Source: Candidatus Nomurabacteria bacterium (GTDB lineage: Bacteria; Patescibacteriota; Minisyncoccia; Phycocordibacterales; UBA9973). From it: 33,158 bases of DNA. Numbering within the stretch: position 1 is the first letter of the stretch; each line of letters begins with the position of its first letter. Location: the NCBI GenBank assembly GCA_023267415.1, contig JAHFNM010000005.1, positions 1-33,158 on the forward strand, written 5' to 3'. The position numbers and the translations under genes are program-made. The notes beneath the pieces are model-generated. The model was not told where the DNA came from. It saw nothing but the letters and a program-made list of their open reading frames with translations, and did not search any database. Of the stretch, positions 9,660 to 17,687 are shown one piece after another.

Positions 9660-9732
9660 AGCCGCTTGTCAGATTCGAACTGACGACATCCAATTTACAA
9701 AATTGGCGCTCTACCAACTGAGCTAAAGCGGC
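9660..9732 (-). tRNA. tRNA-Thr (anticodon UGU)
   Basis: The reverse complement folds as a 73-nt cloverleaf: GCCGCTT TA GCTC AGTTGGTA GAGC G CCAAT TTTGTAA ATTGG ATGTC GTCAG TTCGAAT CTGAC AAGCGGC T. CCA is not encoded. Confidence 0.93.
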
Positions 9733-9770
9733 TTTTGGTTTTTCTATACTAGCACGTTTTCCGGTATAAC

Positions 9771-10160
9771 CTAATTCTCTCCCTCCCTTTGTATCGCATC
9801 GCTCACCGCGTCCTTATGATCGCGAATATTCTTGAGGAAGTGAGACGGTCGGCCTCCGGCAGGGTAGTGTCCGTTCTTGTGAAGCACCTTGGTCAGCTTC
9901 GTCTTCACATGACGATCGGCACCCTTCACATTGTTTGAAACCAGGATCCAAATTCGGAGCGCAAAGAGCACAAAGTGATGCACGCCGAATTTGAACAATT
10001 CGATAAGCTGGTTTCTCACTGCTTCGGCCGAAAGATCCGTCCAGTCAGTCTCTTCATATGAGCCTGTGACGACCTCTCCCTTTCGTATATGCCAAGCCTT
10101 GCGGGCGATAAGCCCGACGGCGATGATGAGAGTGATGAAAAAGATGATGATTGTTGCCAT
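9771..10160 (-). CDS. Hypothetical membrane-anchored protein
   Basis: N-terminal TM helix (ATIIIFFITLIIAVGLIA) and a second hydrophobic segment. I recognise no family. Confidence 0.6.
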   Translation of the reverse strand: MATIIIFFITLIIAVGLIARKAWHIRKGEVVTGSYEETDWTDLSAEAVRNQLIELFKFGVHHFVLFALRIWILVSNNVKGADRHVKTKLTKVLHKNGHYPAGGRPSHFLKNIRDHKDAVSDAIQREGEN

Positions 10161-10202
10161 TGGATTTTCTACAACACGGGAACCGAGTTTCTAGAACCTG
10201 CC

Positions 10203-10982
10203 TTACGCTGTCGCTACGCGAACGAAATTCACAAGCGATGCACCTCCTTGTTTGAGAAGAGTTTCGATCGTCATGTCAGGATTCTTCACAAACGGCTGAT
10301 CGAGCAGTGTGCGCTCCTTGAAGAATGTATCGATCTTGCCGGCAAGCATCTTGTCTTTGATCTCTTGCGGTCGGTCGGACTGAGCCACTTCTTCGGTGAA
10401 GAGTGCGGTTACTTTTTCGACGGCATCCGCTGGGACATCGGCGCGGGTCTTGTATTCAGGGTTCATTGCTGCGATGTGCATGGCAATGTCCTTTGCGAGG
10501 GTTTCGGTTCCTCCGGTGAGGCCCACGAGCACGCCTACGCGTCCGTCATGGACGTATGAGCCGATGACTGGAGCTTCTACGGAGACGATCTCGCCGAGCT
10601 GGATGTTTTCGCCGAGCTTCTGGATGGCGGTACCGATGAGGTCCGGAGCGGCTTTTTCAGCCTCATCCTTTCCTTTCTCAAGGGCCATTCCTGCGAGTGT
10701 CTCTGCGAGTGTGGTGAAGTCGCTGTTTTTTGCAACGAAATCAGTTTCGCAACGGAGAGTGAGAAGAAGACCCATGCCTTCTTTCTGTGCCTTTGCCACA
10801 GCTCCCGCAGTTGCCTCGCGGTCAGATTTTTTGGCTGCGATCTCAGTCGATTTCTTTTTCAATATGAGAAGCGCCTTTTCCATGTCGCCCTCGGCCTCTT
10901 CAAGTGCCTTTTTGCATTGCATGACCGAAACGCCGGTCTTGTCGCGAAGTTCTTTTACTTGTTCTGTGGTGATTGTTGCCAT
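10203..10982 (-). CDS. tsf: Translation elongation factor Ts
   Basis: N-terminal UBA-like VKELRDKTGVSVMQCKKALEEAEGDMEKA, then CETDFVAKN and HIAAMNPEY. It lies downstream of rpsB, as in the canonical operon. Confidence 0.93.
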   Translation of the reverse strand: MATITTEQVKELRDKTGVSVMQCKKALEEAEGDMEKALLILKKKSTEIAAKKSDREATAGAVAKAQKEGMGLLLTLRCETDFVAKNSDFTTLAETLAGMALEKGKDEAEKAAPDLIGTAIQKLGENIQLGEIVSVEAPVIGSYVHDGRVGVLVGLTGGTETLAKDIAMHIAAMNPEYKTRADVPADAVEKVTALFTEEVAQSDRPQEIKDKMLAGKIDTFFKERTLLDQPFVKNPDMTIETLLKQGGASLVNFVRVATA

Positions 10983-10995
10983 AATTTTTTGCTAC

Positions 10996-11026
10996 TGTGT
11001 CATCCCAGACTACGATCCGGGATCCA
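10996..11026. repeat. Half copy (one hairpin unit) of the nested palindromic element, copy B
   Basis: TGTGTCATCCCAGA-CTACGA-TCCGGGATCCA lies in the rpsB-tsf spacer. It matches the first unit of the copies at 2954 and 23393. Confidence 0.6.
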
Positions 11027-11118
11027 TTATTTATTTAATTAATACAAAACCCGGATCCTTTGCTCCAAGAGTGAATCTGCTGATTCACAAGTTCAGGACG
11101 ATGCCGAATGCGCGTCGG

Positions 11119-11802
11119 TTATTGCTTATATGCCTCTGCGAGGAACTTAACGATGTATTCGATCGATGCGCGTGATGCGTCGTTTGCCAAGACAGGGTAG
11201 TCGGCAAGTGTGATATCGCAGTCGGTCGATCCGAGGGCGATGATCGGCACGCCAAGGCGCTTTGCTTCAAGCACTGCGCTCATTTCCTTCTTTGGGTCTA
11301 CGATAAGCATAGCATCTGGAATGCCTTTGAGCGAAACGATTCCGGAGAAAAGATCTTCCATCTTCGCGACTTCGCGGGCGATGAGGAGCTGTTCTTTCTT
11401 CGTGTACTTCTTCTGAAGGTCTCCAGAGATCTTTGCGGCGCGGAGTTCTTCGAGACGGTTGATGCGCTTCTTGATCTCGGAAAAGTTTGTGAGCATTCCT
11501 CCCACCCAGCGGCTTGTGACGAATGGAAGTCCGAGTCCTTCGGCTGCGAGGCCTACAGATTCCTTTGCTTCAGGCTTTGATCCGACGAAGACAACAGTCT
11601 TGCCTTTCTGGCCAAGCTTGTTCATAAACTCTGCCGCTTTCGCGAGCTGAGCCTCTGTCTGCTCGATGTCGATAATGTCTACCTTGTTCTTCGTTGCAAA
11701 GAGATACTTTGCGGTCGAAGGGTGTCGGCGGGTTCGGGAATAGCCGAAATGTGCGCCCACTGCGAACAGCTCTTTTACGAGCGGAGATGACTTTGGATCC
11801 AT
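11119..11802 (-). CDS. rpsB: 30S ribosomal protein S2
   Basis: VKELFAVGAHFGYSRTRRHPSTAKYLF and typical S2 core motifs. It is followed by tsf. Confidence 0.95.
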   Translation of the reverse strand: MDPKSSPLVKELFAVGAHFGYSRTRRHPSTAKYLFATKNKVDIIDIEQTEAQLAKAAEFMNKLGQKGKTVVFVGSKPEAKESVGLAAEGLGLPFVTSRWVGGMLTNFSEIKKRINRLEELRAAKISGDLQKKYTKKEQLLIAREVAKMEDLFSGIVSLKGIPDAMLIVDPKKEMSAVLEAKRLGVPIIALGSTDCDITLADYPVLANDASRASIEYIVKFLAEAYKQ

Positions 11803-11805
11803 AAA

Positions 11806-11854
11806 CTAGTAAGTAGAAAGTAGATAGTAGGAAGTAGAAACTCAAAACTAAATA
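11806..11854. repeat. Period-7 array (GTAGRAA)n
   Basis: CTAGTAA GTAGAAA GTAGATA GTAGGAA GTAGAAA CTCAAAA CTAAATA. The first 35 nt match 31927-31961 at 32 of 35 positions, in the same orientation. Confidence 0.7.
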
Positions 11855-12021
11855 CGAACTACATGTATTAATAAATCCCGTTTCGAGCGGGATGCAAACC
11901 GTTATTTGGCATTTCAGCCTACCGTCCGCAATGCGGATTAGGTTAAACAGGGAAGGGGTCTATACCGAACTCCCCACGGGATGCCCAAGCATAGTAACAG
12001 AAATAAGGCGTTTTGGGTATA

Positions 12022-12050
12022 TTGACAGAAGCAATTTTTATTGCTATTAT
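12022..12050 (+). promoter_or_regulatory. Sigma-70-type promoter
   Basis: TTGACA, 17-nt spacer, TATTAT, 22 nt upstream of ATG 12073. The architecture is the same as the promoter at 19028. Confidence 0.6.
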
Positions 12051-12072
12051 ATGGATAAATAAAAAATGATTT

Positions 12073-12303
12073 ATGAAAACAATATTACTTGAGTCACTCC
12101 AGTTTAATGGATCAGATCATTCTGTCGTCTTTAATAGTATAAACAGTTGGATAGTCACTTCAATCGCTAATACTACGAACAACGGAGGAAAAATAATAAG
12201 TCATGCTTATTCAATTACCAGTCACCATTTTACTAAAACTGACAAGATTGAAAGACAGGGATTTCTCGGGAGTGCGTCACTTATTGTAGAGATGCCACTT
12301 TAA
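12073..12303 (+). CDS. Hypothetical small protein (76 aa)
   Basis: An ORF with a strong upstream promoter. It is AT-rich and I recognise no family. Confidence 0.45.
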   Translation: MKTILLESLQFNGSDHSVVFNSINSWIVTSIANTTNNGGKIISHAYSITSHHFTKTDKIERQGFLGSASLIVEMPL

Positions 12304-12408
12304 CGAAATTCATTTTTAAAGCCGAGTACCGAAAGGGAAAGGTTTTTTTATTTACTTACTATTGGGTTTGACACCAAACTCTGCTCATGCGAGACTATTT
12401 CAAAATCA

Positions 12409-12693
12409 TTGACCACCTCAAACACGTTCGTTATGCCCAAAAAGAATTCGTTAATTTACGGAGGATTCATAGTTATTGCTCTTGTCGCCGTCGTTATTTA
12501 TTTCTTAAATTCTTTGAATCGGCAAGCTATCGAAGACAGGAACGCCTTGCTGATCAAGCAGTATCCCGGCAGCGATATCTATTTTTCGCCCAGAACCAAT
12601 ACATTCATTATTGGCAAGGTGGTGAAGCAGATAACTCTCGATGCAAGGGGGCAAAACATTGAAGACGAACCGCTCGTCAAAATCAACAAATAA
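12409..12693 (+). CDS. Hypothetical membrane-anchored small protein
   Basis: TM helix LIYGGFIVIALVAVVIYFL, with a terminator right after the stop. I prefer it to the overlapping Arg-rich frame at 12387-12662. The start could instead be Met9 at 12433. Confidence 0.55.
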   Translation: MTTSNTFVMPKKNSLIYGGFIVIALVAVVIYFLNSLNRQAIEDRNALLIKQYPGSDIYFSPRTNTFIIGKVVKQITLDARGQNIEDEPLVKINK

Positions 12694-12702
12694 ATCACAG
12701 AA

Positions 12703-12728
12703 AGCAGTCTCTCGGAGGCTGCTTTTTT
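12703..12728 (+). terminator. Intrinsic terminator
   Basis: AGCAGTCT-CTCGG-AGGCTGCT followed by TTTTTT. Confidence 0.8.
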
Positions 12729-12731
12729 CAT

Positions 12732-12760
12732 TTGTAAAATACCCTCGGGTAAGGTACTAT
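12732..12760 (+). promoter_or_regulatory. Sigma-70-type promoter; spacing implies a leaderless or near-leaderless proS mRNA
   Basis: TTGTAA, 17-nt spacer, TACTAT. The -10 element ends 8 nt before ATG 12769, and no Shine-Dalgarno sequence fits in that gap. Confidence 0.45.
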
Positions 12761-12768
12761 CGACCTAT

Positions 12769-13956
12769 ATGAAGCAATCTCAATTGTTCACCAAGACGCG
12801 CAAAGAAGCTCCAAAGGACGAAGAGTCCAAGAACGCAGAACTCTTGATCAAGGGCGGATTTATCCATAAGGAAATGGCCGGCGTGTATTCGTACTTGCCG
12901 CTTGGTTTAAAAGTACTCAAGAATATCGAAGGCATCATTCGCAGTGAAATGGATGCGATTGGCGGCACCGAGATGCGCACGTCAGTCATCCAGAGCAACG
13001 GCACGGAGATCGGGCTTTCGTTTACGAACGAAGAAGCGTATTCGAACATCATGAAGCAGTATGTCAGCTCGTACAAAGACCTTCCGATCTATCCGTACGA
13101 TTTCAAAAATATCTTTCGCAACGAGACTCGCAGCAAGTCAGGCATTATGCGCGGACGCGAGTTCTATTGGAAGGCTCTTTATTCCTTTTCTCGGGATGAA
13201 GCGCAGCACGAAGAGTTTTATGAAAAATCAAAGCAGGCATATAAAAACATTTTTCAAAAAGCTGGCATTGGGCATTTGACCTACATGACATTCGCGTCCG
13301 GCGGCTCGTTTTCAAAATTCTCCCATGAGTTCCAGACAGTCACCGGAGCCGGCGAAGACACCATTTACATCGATGAGTCAAAAGGCATCGCCGTGAACAA
13401 GGAAGTGTACACGGACGAGGTCTTGGCCGATCTTGGCATAGACAAAGAGAAGCTTGTCGAGCAGCGCGCCGTAGAGGTGGGAAATATTTTCTCGCTTAGC
13501 ACCAAATTTTCTGAGCCCTTCGATCTTACGTATACCGATGAAGCCGGTGAACAGAAGCTTGTCGTTATGGGAAGCTATGGCATCGGTCTCGGTCGCCTTA
13601 TGGGTACGATCGTGGAAGTTCTCTCTGACGACAATGGTATTATTTGGCCAGAATCCGTCGCTCCGTTTCGCGTGCATATTCTCGAGCTTGGCGATTCCGA
13701 AGAGGTATTGAAGGAAGCAGAGACGCTGTATGCGGCACTCGCAAGCGCCGGAATCGAAACCTTGTATGATGACCGTATGGAAATGTCTGCTGGAGAAAAA
13801 TTTGCCGATGCTGACCTCCTCGGAATGCCGTATCGTGTCGTTGTCTCAGCCCGCAGCCTCAAAGAAAACGGCGTGGAAGTAAAAAAGCGCACCGAAGAAA
13901 AAGGTCAGATCATGACGCAAGATGAATTACTGCATTTCCTGAAGACCAAAGAATAA
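12769..13956 (+). CDS. proS: Prolyl-tRNA synthetase, bacterial-type core without the INS editing domain
   Basis: N-terminus MKQSQLFTKTRKEAPKDEESKNAELLIKGGFI, motif 2 RGREFYWKALYSF and motif 3 GSYGIGLGRL. The class IIa anticodon-binding domain has LYDDRMEMSAGEKFADADLLGMPYRVVV. The protein is only 395 aa. Confidence 0.85.
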   Translation: MKQSQLFTKTRKEAPKDEESKNAELLIKGGFIHKEMAGVYSYLPLGLKVLKNIEGIIRSEMDAIGGTEMRTSVIQSNGTEIGLSFTNEEAYSNIMKQYVSSYKDLPIYPYDFKNIFRNETRSKSGIMRGREFYWKALYSFSRDEAQHEEFYEKSKQAYKNIFQKAGIGHLTYMTFASGGSFSKFSHEFQTVTGAGEDTIYIDESKGIAVNKEVYTDEVLADLGIDKEKLVEQRAVEVGNIFSLSTKFSEPFDLTYTDEAGEQKLVVMGSYGIGLGRLMGTIVEVLSDDNGIIWPESVAPFRVHILELGDSEEVLKEAETLYAALASAGIETLYDDRMEMSAGEKFADADLLGMPYRVVVSARSLKENGVEVKKRTEEKGQIMTQDELLHFLKTKE

Positions 13957-13977
13957 CGATTATCGGCCGCACTTCCT

Positions 13978-15024
13978 ATGTTCAACAAACTCTACAACGC
14001 ATTCTCAAACGACATCGGTATCGATCTCGGTACTGCAAACACTCTCGTGTACCTTAAAGGTCACGGGATTGTTATCAATGAACCGAGCGTTGTGGCGGTG
14101 AACCAAAAGACCGGACGCATCGTGGCTGTGGGAATGGAAGCCAAGAACATGCTCGGCCGCACTCCAGGACACATCCGCGCGGTCCGTCCGATCGTGGACG
14201 GCGTTATTTCCGATTTTGAAGTGACTGAAGAAATGCTCTCGTATTTGATCGTGAAGGCCGAAAAAATTTCGAAGAAATTTTTTCGGCCCCGCGTCGTAGT
14301 TGGTGTTCCAAGCGGGATCACGAACGTCGAGATCCGCGCTGTCTATGACGCGGCAAAATCTGCCGGTGCGCGCGAAGTCTATATCATCGAAGAACCGATG
14401 GCAGCAGCAATCGGCATCCACCTTCCCGTAAAAGATCCCGTAGGATCCATGATCGTAGATATCGGCGGAGGCACGACAGACATTGCCATCATCTCGCTCG
14501 GCGGAATCGTACGATCGAAGAATTCCAAGATCGCCGGCGACCGCCTCAATGCAGACATCATTTCCTATTTGCGCGACGAATTCAAATTGCTCATCGGCGA
14601 AAAGACTGCCGAGAATGTGAAGATCGCGATTGGTTCGGTTACGCCGGGCAGCTTCATGGAAGCACAAGTGCGCGGACGCGACCTGGTGACCGGACTTCCA
14701 CGTGAAGTTATCATTACTGATTCCGACATTCGCGAAGCGATCGCTCCGGCTATCAATGACCTCGTTGACGGCATCAAGGAGGTGCTTGAAACCACTCCGC
14801 CCGAAATTCTCTCCGACGTCATGCATCGAGGCATCGTACTCTCAGGCGGCGGCGCAATGCTCGCCGGCATCGATCACTTGCTCGAAGGTGTTTTGAAATT
14901 CCCGATCTATGTCGCCGAAGATCCGCTTACGGCCGTGGCGCGCGGAGCGGGTATCGTGCTTGATTCTATAGAAGAATACCGCGAGCAATTGGTCAGCTCA
15001 TCAAGCGGACTTCCACTCCGATAA
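13978..15024 (+). CDS. mreB: Rod shape-determining protein MreB
   Basis: Actin-fold motifs DLGTANTLVY, VVGVPSGIT, DIGGGTTDIAI and GIVLSGGGA. Confidence 0.95.
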   Translation: MFNKLYNAFSNDIGIDLGTANTLVYLKGHGIVINEPSVVAVNQKTGRIVAVGMEAKNMLGRTPGHIRAVRPIVDGVISDFEVTEEMLSYLIVKAEKISKKFFRPRVVVGVPSGITNVEIRAVYDAAKSAGAREVYIIEEPMAAAIGIHLPVKDPVGSMIVDIGGGTTDIAIISLGGIVRSKNSKIAGDRLNADIISYLRDEFKLLIGEKTAENVKIAIGSVTPGSFMEAQVRGRDLVTGLPREVIITDSDIREAIAPAINDLVDGIKEVLETTPPEILSDVMHRGIVLSGGGAMLAGIDHLLEGVLKFPIYVAEDPLTAVARGAGIVLDSIEEYREQLVSSSSGLPLR

Positions 15025-15026
15025 TC

Positions 15027-15818
15027 ATGCATTCAAAGAGGCAATTCACTCCAGCGCATAGCAAATCACGTACGATGACGATCATCGGTGTTCTTGTCGT
15101 AGTCATTCTTCTTTGCTTCGTCCCAATTGTCCGAAAAGGATTCCGCGCCGTCATTCACGGCACGGGTATGGGCATTGCTCAGGGCACTCATTCGGTCGGT
15201 GGATGGATCTTCTCGTTTGCCGGTATCGTGCATTCGAAAGCCACACTGCTCGCTGAGAATGCTGATTTGAAGAACCAGCTTCAGAACGCCGCTCTTCGCC
15301 TGTCTTCTGTTGATGAGCTTGTCCGCGAAAACGCCGATCTTAAATTGGCTCTCGGTAGAACAGGGAAAAACCAGTTTGTTCTCGCAGCAGTTTTGGAAAA
15401 GCCGGCGCACTCGCTCTACGATACGCTGATCATCGACGGGGGAGCGGCGGCAGGCATTGCTCTCGGAAAAGAAGTATATGCGGGCGGAGAGACTCCGATC
15501 GGCACTGTCTCTGAAGTGTATTCGCATTCCGCATTAGTCACTCTGTATTCAACATCCGGACAAAAGACCAATGCGCGCCTGTCTCCTTCGAATGTCGATG
15601 TCGCATTGACTGGAGAGGGCGGAGGCAATTTTTCCGCTACTGTTCCGCATGATCTAGTGATCGCATCCAACGCCGTGGTCGTTACAAAAGAACTCAATCC
15701 TCGCATCATTGCATTGTTCAAAAAGGTAACTTCCGATCCTCGTGATCCGTTCCAGTCCCTACTTCTTTCTGCCCCAGTGAATGTGAATGAATTGAGTTTT
15801 GTGGAAGTGAAGCAATAA
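15027..15818 (+). CDS. mreC: Rod shape-determining protein MreC
   Basis: It lies immediately downstream of mreB. It has an N-terminal TM helix, a coiled coil (LLAENADLKNQLQ) and a beta-rich C-terminal domain. Confidence 0.85.
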   Translation: MHSKRQFTPAHSKSRTMTIIGVLVVVILLCFVPIVRKGFRAVIHGTGMGIAQGTHSVGGWIFSFAGIVHSKATLLAENADLKNQLQNAALRLSSVDELVRENADLKLALGRTGKNQFVLAAVLEKPAHSLYDTLIIDGGAAAGIALGKEVYAGGETPIGTVSEVYSHSALVTLYSTSGQKTNARLSPSNVDVALTGEGGGNFSATVPHDLVIASNAVVVTKELNPRIIALFKKVTSDPRDPFQSLLLSAPVNVNELSFVEVKQ

Positions 15819-15825
15819 CGAATTA

Positions 15826-15934
15826 CCTCCTCCTCTTGGTGAGGGGAGGATTGAGGTGAGGTGATTCTGTTTCTAAATATAATCACCTCCCCCTCGCGCG
15901 AGTACGCGTCGTTCCCCTCCTCATCAAGGAGGGG
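15826..15934. repeat. Cluster of four hairpins built from CCTCC/GGAGG-type tracts
   Basis: CCTCCTCC..GAGGGGAGG at 15826-15849; GAGGTGAGGTGATT..AATCACCTCCCCCTC at 15853-15895; CGCG-CGAGTA-CGCG; and CCCCTCC-TCATCAA-GGAGGGG at 15914-15934. Confidence 0.6.
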
Positions 15935-15945
15935 AAAAACCTACA

Positions 15946-17178
15946 ATGAAACCCCTTAATTTCAAAATCGAAAAAAAGATTCCAAACGCGCTCGGACGAG
16001 CGGGTGTTATTTCGACGCCGCATGGAGATATTTTGACGCCAGCATTCGTACCGGTCGGCACCAAAGGCGCCATGAAAGGCGTCACCCCCGAGACTCTGCT
16101 TGAGGTTGGTGCTCAGGTCGTTCTTTCCAACACGTATCACTTGTATCTTCAACCGGGCGATGAATTGGTGCGGAATGCCGGCGGACTGCACAAGATGATG
16201 CACTGGGACGGCCCGATCATGACGGACTCCGGAGGGTTTCAAGTATTTTCGCTCGGTGCAGCGTACGGCAAAGGCATTTCAAAAATATTGCATCCGGCCG
16301 ACCCATCACTCCAGATCCCAGAGCGTTCGAGCGCGGACGACGGCGTGGCGCGCCTTGCGACCATTGGAGCCGACGGCGTTTCTTTTCGCTCACATATTGA
16401 TGGGTCGCTTCATTATTTCACTCCGGAAAAATCGATCGAGATCCAGCACAATCTTGGTGCCGATATCATCTTTGCCTTTGACGAATGCACTTCGCCCACA
16501 GAGGACCGCCGCTATCAAGAAGAAGCGCTCGGCCGCACTCATGCATGGGCCAAGCGCAGTCTCGACTATCACAAATCCAAGCCGAATCACGAAAAGCAGG
16601 CACTGTTTGGAATTGTGCAAGGAGGACGCGACGAAGAGCTTCGTCGAAAGTCTGCGCAGGAAATTGCCAAGATGACGACATTTGCCGGCGAAGAATTTGA
16701 CGGCTTCGGTATTGGCGGATCGTTCGACAAGGATGACTTGCATAGCGCTGTGCGCTGGGTCAATGAAGAGCTTCCCGAAGACAAGCCTCGCCACCTGCTT
16801 GGTATTGGCGAGCCGGAAGATCTTTTTATGGGCGTGGAAAACGGCGTCGATCTTTTTGACTGCGTAGCGCCTACGAGAAATGCTCGAAGCGGCGCATCAC
16901 TGTATACGAAATTCGGCCGGATGAATCTGCTCAATCAGGAATACCGCAGCGATTTCACTCCTATCGAATCCGACTGCGGCTGCTACGCCTGCAAGTACTA
17001 TACGCGCGCATATATCGCGCATCTTTTTCGTGCAAAGGAAATGCTCGCCGGCATGCTTGCTTCCATTCACAATCTGTATTTCATAACGCATCTTGTCTCC
17101 GGCATGCGTGAGGCCATTCTCGCCGGCACATTTGCCGAATATAAGGCAGAGTTTTTCAAAACATATTCACGCAAATAG
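15946..17178 (+). CDS. tgt: tRNA-guanine transglycosylase (queuine tRNA-ribosyltransferase)
   Basis: TPAFVPVGT, DSGGFQVFSL, LGIGEPEDL, DCVAPTR and the zinc motif CGCYACKYYTRAYIAHL. Confidence 0.93.
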   Translation: MKPLNFKIEKKIPNALGRAGVISTPHGDILTPAFVPVGTKGAMKGVTPETLLEVGAQVVLSNTYHLYLQPGDELVRNAGGLHKMMHWDGPIMTDSGGFQVFSLGAAYGKGISKILHPADPSLQIPERSSADDGVARLATIGADGVSFRSHIDGSLHYFTPEKSIEIQHNLGADIIFAFDECTSPTEDRRYQEEALGRTHAWAKRSLDYHKSKPNHEKQALFGIVQGGRDEELRRKSAQEIAKMTTFAGEEFDGFGIGGSFDKDDLHSAVRWVNEELPEDKPRHLLGIGEPEDLFMGVENGVDLFDCVAPTRNARSGASLYTKFGRMNLLNQEYRSDFTPIESDCGCYACKYYTRAYIAHLFRAKEMLAGMLASIHNLYFITHLVSGMREAILAGTFAEYKAEFFKTYSRK

Positions 17179-17236
17179 GTTGAATTGACATAATTTTCTG
17201 AGGTGGGACAATGGAATTGAATCAAACAATCTTTCT

Positions 17237-17635
17237 ATGAAAAAGCTCATGGTTGCTTTGCCTAATGAGCTCACCTATCAGTTTGTTGTCTCGCAGTTAT
17301 CTGGCAGCAAGACCAGTTTCTTCACGGAAGAAATGGAAGGAGGGAGCTATCAACAATCCAGTCCCGGAGCTGACTTTGAAAAATTCCCGGACATTACGCT
17401 AACGATCCTAAAGGATAAAAACCATCTTTTGGAGGATAGCAATGCATATCTTTTTGTCAGGCCCGAGAGGCTTGCTCACGCGGCGCTATTCGTTCGGATC
17501 GGGTTACGCATTGATACATTTGAGTCCAAAGGCAACCTTATCGTTGTGAATTGCCGCGCCATGGAAGTGCAACTGAAGAAAGAAAACCTTTCTACAAAGC
17601 ATACCTGGACGGTCGAAGAAGAAGCATCAAAGTGA
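17237..17635 (+). CDS. Hypothetical protein (132 aa)
   Basis: An ORF of reasonable length with no overlapping alternative. I recognise no family. Confidence 0.55.
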   Translation: MKKLMVALPNELTYQFVVSQLSGSKTSFFTEEMEGGSYQQSSPGADFEKFPDITLTILKDKNHLLEDSNAYLFVRPERLAHAALFVRIGLRIDTFESKGNLIVVNCRAMEVQLKKENLSTKHTWTVEEEASK

Positions 17636-17687
17636 TAAAGCAGTTACTGTTGCCACGCATCGTGGCAACATTTCATTTTTACATACT

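Noticed and set aside
10396-11175. Long antisense track ORFs: 259 aa opposite tsf, 273 aa at 14005-14826 opposite mreB, 219 aa at 19317-19976 opposite uvrB, 166 aa at 32104-32604 opposite the TraD-like gene, and many shorter ones.
   Set aside because: Each lies opposite a gene with unmistakable family motifs. Their products are Ser/Arg/Ala-rich low-complexity sequences typical of shadow frames in moderately GC-rich coding DNA.
11855-12021. Roughly 170-bp region upstream of rpsB with a duplicated CGGGATGC and small hairpins. I considered an S2 autoregulatory leader or an independent ncRNA.
   Set aside because: I cannot match it to a known leader structure by eye. It also has to hold the divergent promoters for rpsB and the 12073 gene, so I left it unannotated.
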